From positions 32,798,001 to 32,862,000 of the forward strand of contig NC_088856.1 of NCBI RefSeq assembly GCF_963853765.1: DNA of 64,000 nucleotides, read 5' to 3'. This DNA comes from Magallana gigas (lineage: Eukaryota). The notes under the pieces are model-generated. The model searched no databases. It was not told the DNA's origin and saw only the letters and a list, made by a program, of their open reading frames with translations. The translations under genes were made by a program, and so were the position numbers. Position 1 is the first letter of the stretch. The number at the start of each line of letters is the position of its first letter. Of the stretch, positions 38,401 to 51,000 are shown in pieces.

Positions 38401-40080
38401 CTCTATGTATTGTGTTGAAGCGAATTGAAAATATCTAAATTAGCTGGATTGCAGGATGTGTTCCTCATAAAAAGCTGGGCCGGCACTGTCACAATGTTAA
38501 CTATTGAGGAGGTTATCCTGCCATTTAACCCTCCCATCACTGCTTTGTGAGAAAGAACAATCTTAACAATTACCCTGGTGCCTTACCCACTTCTTACAAC
38601 CTTTTTGAAAAGGAATCTAAGACAGTATGAAAATTCACTAAATTTGTTTGGGGTTTTTTTTTTAGCAATTCAAATTTTGTTTTATTAATTAAAAATCTGT
38701 CATTTTAACACCACAACAAATTGTTTTTCATAGGATTTCAATGCAATAATTCACAACATTATTCTCCAAGATGCAGACAAAATGACAAGATCTTGTCAAT
38801 TTGTCTGCATCTTGGAGAATAATGTTGTGAATTATTGCATTGAAATCCTATGAAAAACAATTTGTTTTGGTGTTAAAATATATTCATCAATTAACACATA
38901 TGGGTGAACAACAAAATATACTTACTTAGCATGATCCAATTTCTTGAATTTAAACATCAGTGGTGTTTTCATTATCACCACTCAAATGACAATTTAGCTC
39001 CCAATTAGCAATTAGCTGCTTCCAAACAGAAAATAATAAGACCTAACTATCCGCATCTCAGCAAACTTTAATGGAATGCAGCTATAGAAACTGTCTCTTT
39101 AAAAGAAAATGTAGATTTGTCCGTGAATTGAGTTTTGCAGACTTTGAGAAGTAATTGGAAGCTCTTCTAGGCAACACCTGCTGTTTGGCTCGCACCAGAG
39201 GGAGAGAGAGAGAGAAGCTGCCAATGGTCTATGGCCGACTCTGAAGGAAGCTGGAAGCATTTCCCTAGCCATTCATAAATCACAACAACCCATTCCATTA
39301 ATAGCTTTCCTGCACCAAGTCTGTTTCACTTTTGTTGGCAAATAGTGCAGAGAAATGGGACTGGATTGTGGAATTTTGGACAGATTTATTGGCACATGTG
39401 ATGGCACTATTTCATGTGATCCTCTCTTTAATTTAGTGAAAATTGTTTCCTACACGTAATTTCTCCCTAGTTTACAACAACTTTTTTTTAATTCAACCGA
39501 CCGAGCACAACTGCAAACATTGAAACAACACTTATGAATAGCAAATCATCAAGTCTCACTATTAGACTTTACTGAGCAAGGTTTTGGCAGTCGGCAGTGA
39601 GGCATCAATGGAGTGATAATAAACAGTTATTGAAAATATAGTGCATAGTCTCGTTTGATCTTTCAATTTAATAAGTGAAAACATCTGTACAAATACTGTG
39701 TTCATGGTTCAAAAGCCAGTGTGGGTTGACTAATTAAAACAGGACACTGTCCATATGGGTTTAATTCTTACATTTACTCTTTGATAGAGAACGTTCTTAA
39801 GATTGATCTCTCAAATTTAAACAGACTCAAATTTTTGGATCACCTAACTGATAATATCACATCGAAATCAAACATCATATCTCCCTCCCAAAACATGTCA
39901 GAAAAACTGATAACATAAGATAAATGAAGAACAAATGACCACACATTCTATTACAATTACATGTAACTCAAGATAACCTAACAGCACTATATTCTAAACA
40001 CTTTGTAATGAATAGTTTCCGACATGACTGATTGACATTTGAGCTCTCCATGAGTCTATTATCTTTTGGAATGGAAAGAT

Positions 40081-40112
<32 letters not shown>

Positions 40113-43080
40113 GATAAGAGTATTTGGCAAACTTGTGGTAAAATCAACTTGGAATCAGCAGTAAAACACAATACAAAACAGATCATATACAACTCAACAT
40201 CAGTCAACACTGCAACACAACGAGACAGATCATATACAACTCAACATCAGTCAACGCTGCAACACAACGAGACAGATCATATACAACTCAACATCAGTCA
40301 ACGCTGCAACACAACGAGACATACCCAACTTATTTTTACCCTTAGAATTACATGAAACACAGCTTAAAATTAAGTCATCAATTAATATTTTATATCCATT
40401 TTATCATTAAATATTACTGGCTGTACAAGCTAGTCTCGATCCCTTTAAATTGATAGATGCACAGGTATAGGTTTTATGTTTGTGTATAAGCTACACTTTC
40501 ATTTAACCAATCATATTGGCTTTTAAATAATTCAAACAAATACACAAGCGGGGATTTCAAATTAACATCTCCCCAAACTTATAAATATATCAATCAAAAT
40601 ATGTCTGGTTGACATCAGCATTTAATGCATTTTCTAACCAACCTGGAAAATCTAGAGAAAGATTTCCTTCTCTTCTGGAATCCTGGAAACTCCGGATTCC
40701 TGGTGCCCCCACTGAGGTAGGTTGGACAACACTCGGACTGTCCCTTCCTCCATGGATACAGGTTAGGCTGGGATTTGCTTCGGGATCGGAGGTTCTTCTG
40801 GACCGTCCGACATCCCGGACACAGGTCCTTCTGAGAGGCCCTCCTGCCGTAGTTCATGATATTCTTCATGTATGCGACCTTGTCAAAGGCCACAGTGTGA
40901 CGGCAAAGCCCACAGTGCTACCCTCAGAGGAGAGGACGCAACTCTTTGTCACTGTAATCCGCGAGTCAACACAGCACAAACATATAAAAGGTTCAGTCCA
41001 TTTCACCAGTACCTAACAATCACCCCCTAAATACAGAACCCCAAATCACTTAGGTTATGCTTTCAGCTGATAACAAATTATGGATATTTAAATTTGAACT
41101 TCTGTTTGCATTAAAGGACAAATTATCTCCACACAAAATCTCCTCTTTTTTGGCAATGTCAAGCCCCAGTGCTCCAAATATCACTTTATTGAGTGCTTTA
41201 AATCTGACATAAAAAATACAAGAAACTCCAGAAATATTGGTTTTCACTCCAATCCTTTATGATCTTTGATACCATGGCAGTGAAAACCAGAGTAGCTGTC
41301 CTAGCTGTAATGCAAATAGCCCAATGTCACCTCACACAAAGAGCGGCCAGGAAACTTTATACAGCAGTACTTGAATGCCCCTGGGCTGTCAGGCAATTGT
41401 ACTTAGGGCTTCACACCCTGTTGTAACACCCTCCAACACATCTAACACAGCAGCCAGACATAACTGCACCTGGACAAACTTTCATGTTTACCTCTTACAT
41501 AATCTTTATTTACAACAAATAATTTTTACAGCCCCCTGGTCATAAATCTCAACACTTGCACTGGGTGTCATAATTGCACTATTAGTTGTTTCTTTGATCT
41601 AGATTATAGACCAGCAATAAAGTTTAGGATTATCTAATGAAACACATGTTTAACAGGGCTAACACTATTGTACCTCACTAGTGTGTGATCATTGATCCAA
41701 AGTCATGTACATTTAATGTACCGTAATATTAAAGACAAATAAAAGGAACTGAAAAAATTGTTCCTGTATCCTTAACCTTGGTATTAAACATGTTATTAAA
41801 GATTCACACAAAGCAGTCATATAAATTATACTGTTAACAGGTAGTGCAACACGTAATGTGTGCACATAGTTACATTTCCCAGATGCCTCATATGGAATCA
41901 ATTGCTGCTCATAAAAAATAGCAAAATTAAAAGCCACTGCATTGAAAGGAGAGCAATCCTTTCAGACAACTGGCAAACTGACCTGTCAGCAATGGCCTCA
42001 ATATAACAATGAATGACGGAGTAAACATGACTTAATGTAACTATGTTAATTACCAGCAGTGTATCATAAAAAACTGCTATGATAAAATAAAAATAGGTGG
42101 TGAAATATTGAATTTTATATGCACCTTAAATAGTTGCCAACAGCTAGTGGTTATATAGCACTCTGAAAAATGTAAAGATAATAATACAGCAATTAAATAA
42201 TCTTAAAGAATTAACAAAACCCTTCAGAAAATCTTGCTGTCACACAAAGGAGCAATGAATGTAAGTGACAGGTAAAGATAATTAAGCCTTAAAATTTCAG
42301 GCAAAATCACTTATTATAGTGATTTAATTTTACGATTCTTGTTCTTTTATATAATTTATTCAGAGTTTACAATATAAAAAGGTTATATATCTAAAAAAAA
42401 TTTACTTCTCAGAATATGTGTACCAAGTACATATGAATTAGAATCAGAAAGCACATCGTTGAAAACCCATGGTCGTTCGCGCTTCTCTTACCTAAGAGTA
42501 ATGATGCAGAAAGCAGTACATGTAAACACTCTGTAAAAAAACATCCCTAAAGAAAAAGAATACAAATAACTTAAAAAACCCCAAACATTTCCTAAAGACA
42601 GAGGTGTTAATTAATGTTATTGTAACAGATAATCTTTATCATAAAGATCTTCCATTTTCCTGAAGCACACAAGTTACTTGATTAGTTGATTGCAAAATCA
42701 TTGAATATCAGTATTCGATCAGCAGTTATCTCTCTTTGCCCATTGTTCACTCATATTACTCTGCCTTCAACCCCAGCTCCAAATCAGGTGACACACAGAA
42801 TCAGTCTTTGCATTTCTATAAAACGTCTTACTGCTTATTCAACCGACTAACCAAATTTAAACTTAATAGTACAAGCTTAAAGGAAGTTATCAGAAAAACA
42901 GAAAATTGTTACTGGAGGAATGATCGACTGATTGGACCCTTATATTAGCTACGCATTACTTTACTTAGATTACATGGCACTAAATTTCTAAATGCACAAA
43001 CTTACGCCCATTAATGGTCTTCATTGCTGATCTTTACATTACACATATATCTAATCATATAACACATAAATGCTTAGTAG

Positions 43081-43146
<66 letters not shown>

Positions 43147-46100
43147 ATATTAAATGAAATCATTTTTATGCAAACCAAAAGAAAAGTAAATTTTTTTCAC
43201 TGCATGTGTATGTTCCCATTCATCTCTCAACATAGGAAAATAAATAGATCTCTTTATGCAAAATTAACCTTTAGAAATAGTTTCTATTCTTTTCTTGTGT
43301 TGGGAAAGTAACACATGTAGGATTTTTAGGGTGGCTTAATTCTCAGATCTCCATATTGACTATACAACTTAGGACGTCATTTAGCATCACTTATTCTGGT
43401 TTATGAGGACATCAGACTGCAGGTGTATCATTGTATGAAGCAATTAGCACGGTCTGGCAGGTCTGATGTGTTCAATACCATACAGCACAACAACGCCACA
43501 CACAGCGACTGATATTTTAAAATATCCCTTTCTATCATATTAATTTTGAAATCAATTAAGATCCCCAGAGGAAATACCATACATGTGCTCACTCATACAA
43601 GCATCATCATCGAGTCTGCAAAATTAATCCATTGATGTCATAGCAGTGTTGGTCTGGGGATTCCATTTTAAAAGTTGAAACAAAAGTCAAGAAACTGCTA
43701 ATTAAAGAGTCTACACATTTGAACAATAACAGACTTTACCGACTCTGGCTGGTATTCGCCAATAATTTTGTCATTATTTTCCCAATTATGATAATATAAT
43801 TGCTTCTGATGATCAACATATTTTTTGGTCTGGAGGGTGGATAATTTGTAAACTCTAATATTTCTCAAATCAAATTATAGGAATTTTAATCAAAACAGAT
43901 ATGATTGGTGTTCATTCTTTGTAACATTTCTTTATGATGTTAAATCTCAAACAAAATTATTTATGATATTATACACAGTTTATTTTAAATACTAAAATCC
44001 CCAAAACACATGTATTTTTTTTTTTATCACAATAGAATTTGTTTCATACCAAAGACTTGTATATTTCTGTGTATGTCTATAACCATGTGATAAATCAGAT
44101 TCTCTTCCTGATCATGACTTTCCTATTTACAATAGATGCTTCATGTCATCATTATAGAGGATTGAAGCATTTTGAACTAGAAAACTGACCAGTCAGGAAG
44201 GGCCCCGCTATGACAATTAATATAGAGAAGTGAAAAAAACTTTGAATTCCATCCTCTTTATATTAACAATGATGAAAAATAAATGCCCGGCAGAAGATGT
44301 AAAGAACTGGAATATATAGGATCTCGTGATTTGTAGTTGGATATGATTTTCATCCAACAATTAAAGTGTTTTTTTCTTGAGCCTTAGTGAGGGGATAAAA
44401 CACACAAGTTGGATAAAAATCATATTATACTACAAATCATGAGATTCTATTTATCCCATATTTTATACACCGCAATCAATGTTTACACTGTTTATAAAAC
44501 TCTACATTATTTTTACTTCATTATGCCTAGGCAAATCCCATTGTAAAGTCACAACTCTGGAATATCAAAAAAATATCCAATGAGTCATATCCACGGGATA
44601 AAGTGGGTTAACATGGGATGAAATAAAATTTGTTAAAAAAACAAAGAATTGATACCAATGCAATGATACCTAGGCTTTGCCTCTATTCAATAAAACTATC
44701 ATAAATCATTGTGTACGGTATTTTAACCCCAAAAAATATGAATATTATATTTCAAATCCATATTTCAAAGAATGTACACAATACTACACATCATTCAAAA
44801 TTGACCTTAACTTCAAAACAAAGTTCATTTGCAGACACAGGCAGTGCAGTAATTAATCTCAATGTGACAGATAAAGATAAAGCTTAGGATTTTCTTCCTG
44901 TGGAAGGTTAATTAATCCCAAAGGACAAATATTGCACAGCCTTCCATGTATACAATGGTAACATTCTCAGCAGTTATCTCTCTTTGCCCATTCATTCTCA
45001 GCAGTTATCTCTCTTTGCCCATTCTTCTTATGCATAGTTATGAATCTACCCCACCACCCCAGCTCCAAACCAGAAGACATAGAGAACCAAACTTAGCATC
45101 TAAATATGTATTTCTGCCTACTGAACTACCATACCAAATTTGAACTTGATTGGGCAACCATAAAAAAAGTTATTAGAAAAAAACAGGAAATTTGTGGACG
45201 GAAGAGTGACAGACGGACGGACGGACAGAAGGACGGACGGACAGAGTGATTACTATAGGGCACCCGCAAATCCTTGCGGGGCCCTAATTATCTTGAGATG
45301 GTTTTTAATTTATAGGGTGTCTCTTAAAATTATTGTATATCTTTAATTACATAAATTAATCAAAAGCTTCCTCAATTTCTGGAGTATTGGGTAATGATTG
45401 AGATTCACTTTGTCAACAAATGAACCATCATTGCAAACCTTTAAAATCAAGCTAAATAGGCAACCAGCTGAATAACACTTTGAAGAAGGAACATTTCAGT
45501 AAAAGTTGTCACATTAAAAATGTAGGTCTTAGTATCACAACACTAGAACAGATACCTCAATTTCTTTGTTAAACAGAATATGTATGATGTCTAATGATAG
45601 GTCTTAACATGCTATATAGGTCTTTACACGCTGTAGGTCTTTGCATACTGTATGTCTTAACATGCTGTAGGTCTTTACATGCTGTAGGTCTATTCATACT
45701 GTATGACTTTACACAAATTAGGTCTTTACATGCTGTAGGTCTTTAGACACTGTAGGTCTTTACATACTGTAGGGTTTACATACTCTAGGTCTTAACATGT
45801 TGTAGGTCTCTACCTACTGTAGGTCTTTACATGCTGTACATCTTTACATGCTGTAGGTCTTAGGTCTTTACATGCTGTAGTTCTTTACACACTTTAGGTC
45901 TTTACATGCTGTAGGTTTTTACATATAGTGTCAGACATCATTAAATCAACATCTAAAATATGGTAGTGTTAATCTCAATGTGCACTTCATTAAACACATG
46001 TACCAAATAAAACTGGCTAGAGAGAGAAAGATTTGTAACCAAACATACTAGAAAGTCCAATACTGTAATAAACTTCAACACTCTAAATCTGTGGATATTG

Positions 46101-47965
46101 CTCTTAGTTGAAGATTGAAAGTCGACTTACATGGTGCTGAAGAGAGCCATGTAGTCGGTGTCGCCAAGGTTCTCTGAGGTGATAAACTCATCCAACTTCT
46201 CTATCATTTCATTCTCAACCTACAAATAAACCCAAACACAAGTCAAACTTGGGTTCACACATGTTGTGTACATGGGATACAGGAATGTTTTATATCAGAG
46301 TGGTGACTGACCATCTGAAAGTTCCCACAGGTTTTCATCTCCGATTCCATCATGTCAAAGAAAATAGGGATGGTGGCTTTTCTCAGTTCTTCTTCTGGTA
46401 CCAGGGTCACCTTCAGGAAGGGGCCAATCAGAGATGGAATGAAATGGCGTCTGTTGGCTCCTAACAAGTTATAAGCAGAAATTATTAAACTGAATTTCCC
46501 TAAAAGAACATAACACTGTACAATGTTTCTTCGCCTTACTGACCCAAGTTCTCCCACAGTGTTTGTATCTGTTGTCCCATCAGGATCCGCATGTCTTGGT
46601 ACCTTTCCACAATCTTTTGTTTCTTGGCCTCCGAGTACATCTCTAGCTGTAGACTGGGTTGTGTGATGAATGCCACAGACAGATTGAAGTAGTGACTCCA
46701 TAGCTAAACACAAAGTTAGTCTCCATAACACATCCTTGTACATGTAATTGTAATATTATCAAGATGATCTTACAATTTCCTATTTGAATCCCAAGATGGT
46801 ACATGTATTAGCTTAGTTTATATGATGAAGAATTACAGGTTTGGAGAATTTTCAAAACCAACATACCAAAATTTAAGATATTAGAAAGAAATGACAAGAC
46901 CTTCTACTGTTTACATCCATAACAATATTTGTCATGTGATTTACCATATATAACAGCCTAGCACTGTATGCAAAATGGAAAAATAAAAACATGCAGTCTG
47001 GCTCCAATCTTTTTTTTCCCAGCAAATTTATTTGGCTAATTGTATATTTACAAAATTGATGAACAATAAGATTATAAGAAATAGTACTAGAAATCATGTC
47101 CAAGTCCACTTTGAAAATTCATGTCCATTTTATATAAACCAAATGATTGTCATTGAAAAAGACACGTACCTATACAAATATAATAAACATCACCGTTTGT
47201 GGGGATTTTGGGTTTTTAAAAAAAACTTTTAATGACCTATTTCATGAGCATTGAAGCATAAGTGGTATAGATATTTTTTGCTATATATTTTTGCATACAT
47301 TTGATAATAGAAAAGTTACCTGCTGGTTAAACTGATCCTTTTGGAGAAAGTGCTCACTTAATGCTGTTGACAGATATTCAATGGCAGTGAATAGTGCACT
47401 AGGAAAAGAGAGCATAAAATTATAGATAAATGAAGGATATAATGAATTAAAGAAATGGCCTATATACGTGTGCATTACTGACACACTATTGAGTTAAGTG
47501 ACATTAGAGAAGAGAGTTGGCAGTAGAGAGATACCTACTTATTAATCACCATCCTCATGACCGTCCAACCAGACGGGAACAGATCTTCTTTGATCAACTC
47601 ACGAAAAGTCAGCAGAACTTTCCCAAGAAAATCCTTTAAAAAACCTCAACGATTAGATGCAAGTTTGATATAAAATTATGGAGGGCGGCATCCTCACAAG
47701 GCTAAGGGAACCATTTCCAAAAGTATCAGAATTAATAGAGTACAAAATTATGTTGTGTTGGTCTGAACTGATAATGATTTCCATTAACATGTAAGCTCCA
47801 GATGTGAAGGAACAAAATTTTCCAATTGTTACATCTTTGTAATACTATTTATTTTAATCTTATCTTTTTGCCATGTAGGCTTTGTATTCTTGAAGGTGAT
47901 GTGAAATATTGATGTAATTATAGAGTTGAATAAACTTTGGACAGCCGAACTACTTTCCAAGGCCC

Positions 47966-48013
<48 letters not shown>

Positions 48014-51000
48014 AGTGTCATTGTGTTTTCTCACTTTGAGCGATGACTGTGTTGGTTTGAGGATGACATTATAATGCCTGTGTTCCATCAGCCTCAACAG
48101 TTCTGCCATGCAGGAAATCATTTCTCCCTAAAATCATCATAAAACAGCATCAGACCCTGTCGCTATAGCATGACCGCAGTCAGGTTTGAAATAATGAATG
48201 TTAGTTTTAAGAATATCTCTGTAAACTTAAAACAGAAAATATTGCTCATAAATGTGCACATTCATTAAGTCTTTTATTCTATAAGTCTGTAGAAGTAATT
48301 CAGATTTAATTCATAAGAGATAGACAATATAACACCAGCTATTGGACTGAAAAAAGAAAATTGCAAATACTTTATATGCATATGTCATTTATCATAATGA
48401 AAATTTTAAATATCACTCTGTACTTGACTTAATGGACAGCAATCAGGCTGTACCGGTATATAACTGAATATGATTACTGAGTACTGCTAAATTAAGTATG
48501 TTTATAATATAATCCTCATTTACAAAATACATTCATAAGTCATATACATGCATTTCACCTTGATCACATACCTGATATGATAGAAAGACAAAGATTACAA
48601 CACAGACATTCTAGATATTGATAATAGTACATATTAATATCTTACCTAAATCAGTATATATATGAATAGTAAAAAAGTAGGCAAATGTAAAGTACTTTTG
48701 AAAACAGGCAATGCAAATGGCATGAAGAAGATAAAATCATCAAAAAATTACTAAAAGAAAAGTATAAATGCAATCCTTGTAAAGGGAATAGGAATGAAGA
48801 CCTAGAAGACTAATGGCTTTGATACAACTAGTACACCAGTCAAAACTGATGCAGAGCTAGGAGCAAATCAAAACTGATGCTGATTATGAGTGAGGAACCA
48901 GTAAAATCTGATGCAGAGCGAGGAACCAATCAAAATTGATGCAAAATGAGGAAGCAGTCAAAACTAACGAAGAGTGAGGAGGCAGAGTCTAATTCAAATG
49001 ATCATCATTTTCTTGCTGAATTGTATATTTTTTTTATAAGTTTTTCAAATTGACCATTGACACTAACATACATATTTTGTATTTTACACCGCTGCGACCT
49101 GAGTTCGATCCCCGTGATCGACACAGGTTGTATGTGATAGGGTATGGCGGTCGCCCATTTGGACACGTGGGTTCTCTCCGGGTACTCCGGCTTCTTCCCA
49201 CACCAATGACCCCTCGCGCTTACATCCGTGCCAATAAGAGATATTAATATAAGTTGTAGAACTTGCTTATCAATCGTTGTAAAAAAAATAAAGTACAGTT
49301 ACAGTTATACATATTTTGATTACCGGTATATATATGCACTTTGAAGGAATTTCACTGGGCGGTCCCAAATGAGCATTATTTCTCACTGACATGAGGTCTT
49401 TTTGAAAAAATGCATATATCAATATTGACTATTGTTAAACAGGGTATATCAGTACATATTTACTAAGTTAAGACAGTTTTGATGATCATCATATATAAGT
49501 CATTGTGCACCTATATATACTTTCAAAATGATTAATGAAGTTTTCAATTAATAGAGAGTATCAGTTCATTCCAGTCAATATATAAATATATATATGGTTA
49601 ATGTACTGAAGATAAATTTGAAAGATAAAATTTGACGGTATATGACACACAGATGATTTTTAGAGGTATACTCTGAAACAAGCAGTCTGCCTGACCAGAC
49701 AAAACTGCCAGTTTACACTGCATTATTACTGGTTTACCAAAGTTTAAGCAAAGAGTACATTTGGGAAATAAGGTCTGACACTTACGCCACTAAGTATTTC
49801 TACTTAGTTTGTGTTGTTTCTGACCACTAGGAATTATTATTAAATTTGAACAAATTTTAATCTGATTTATCTCGCTTAGGAAGGTGGATTGATTCTTTCT
49901 TTGAACTTTTATTGGACCAGGTATGATTTATCTTAGGTACTATGGTTGTGCCAAGTTCGGCTTAAACAAATCAAATACTGTAAATGCCTTATTTAACACA
50001 AGTACCTAATTCCGCGATTCAGCTGTTTTCCATCATATTATGAGAATGTAAAAACGCAAATCCCAAATTTTTAACATAGTTTCATGTTGTCAACATATGT
50101 ACGAAAAATAAAAGCGAGATCTTAAAATTTGCGAGATGTGATTTTCATGATTTTACACAGATATTACTTCCATGCATTTAAATAGTTTGCCAGAAACATA
50201 AATTTTATTGAGAGGTCGAAAGATTTTAAACTTTAGAAGGCATCTACTGACTCTTTAAAAGTTGGCCTAATCATTGTTTTAATATTCTAAAATACAAGTA
50301 GTAAGATTTGTATAAAAGTGTGGTTAATAGAGTTTCTCCACAAACAATAAGAATGGGTCTCCTGAAGCTTGCATGCTGTACAGACTACAGTGTTAGTTGT
50401 TACAGATGATGGCTGTGATATTTACACTGAGCCCTAGGTCTTCCATGGAGAAGGCAGGCACTCTTTTCTTGTATAGTTCTCCAATATCCAGCTTGCAATG
50501 AATCAACATTACATTTTCTAGTTTTTTTTTTTAATTAAAATGACAAAAAGCTGCAACTACCATAAAGTCCTGTGTTTATTAGGCACTGGTAAATACCCAA
50601 AGCACAAAGTAAGTTGAAAACCCCTTCAAAAATCCTGTTTCTGTGTCTTCCCCACCCATCTTCCAAAATGGCCTTAACAAACCACGTTCCAATCGCCTTT
50701 CAATATCAAGAAACAAACTCTGTTCTTCCAGTCTTCTTATAATGTATGCACCCCCATTTATGAAATAATCAGTGTGTACTAAACACAAGACTTTATGGTT
50801 AATGTGTATAACAAATGATATCAGCATGGGCTAATGAAAACATTGTGAAAGAAGAAGCTTTTACTTATTGTAACAGTTATAGATTTGTTTGTTTAATTTT
50901 TTTTTGGAGGGGGGGGGGGGGGGGGTATTTAACTAGATAGGCCAAAAAAAAAAAACTTGTTAGTTTCTCAGGCACTGTCACATTGTGTCAAGTTATGATG

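Noticed and set aside
40609-41016. 135-aa plus-strand ORF
   Set aside because: Antisense shadow of the GC-rich minus-strand exon; no splice or domain support.
43593-43615. 23-nt candidate micro-exon (ttttgcag..gtgagc)
   Set aside because: Not frame-preserving for DOCK. It could be a 5' UTR exon of the short isoform, but there is no independent support.
50579-50827. 82-aa ORF in a DOCK intron
   Set aside because: No convincing splice sites or recognisable motif.
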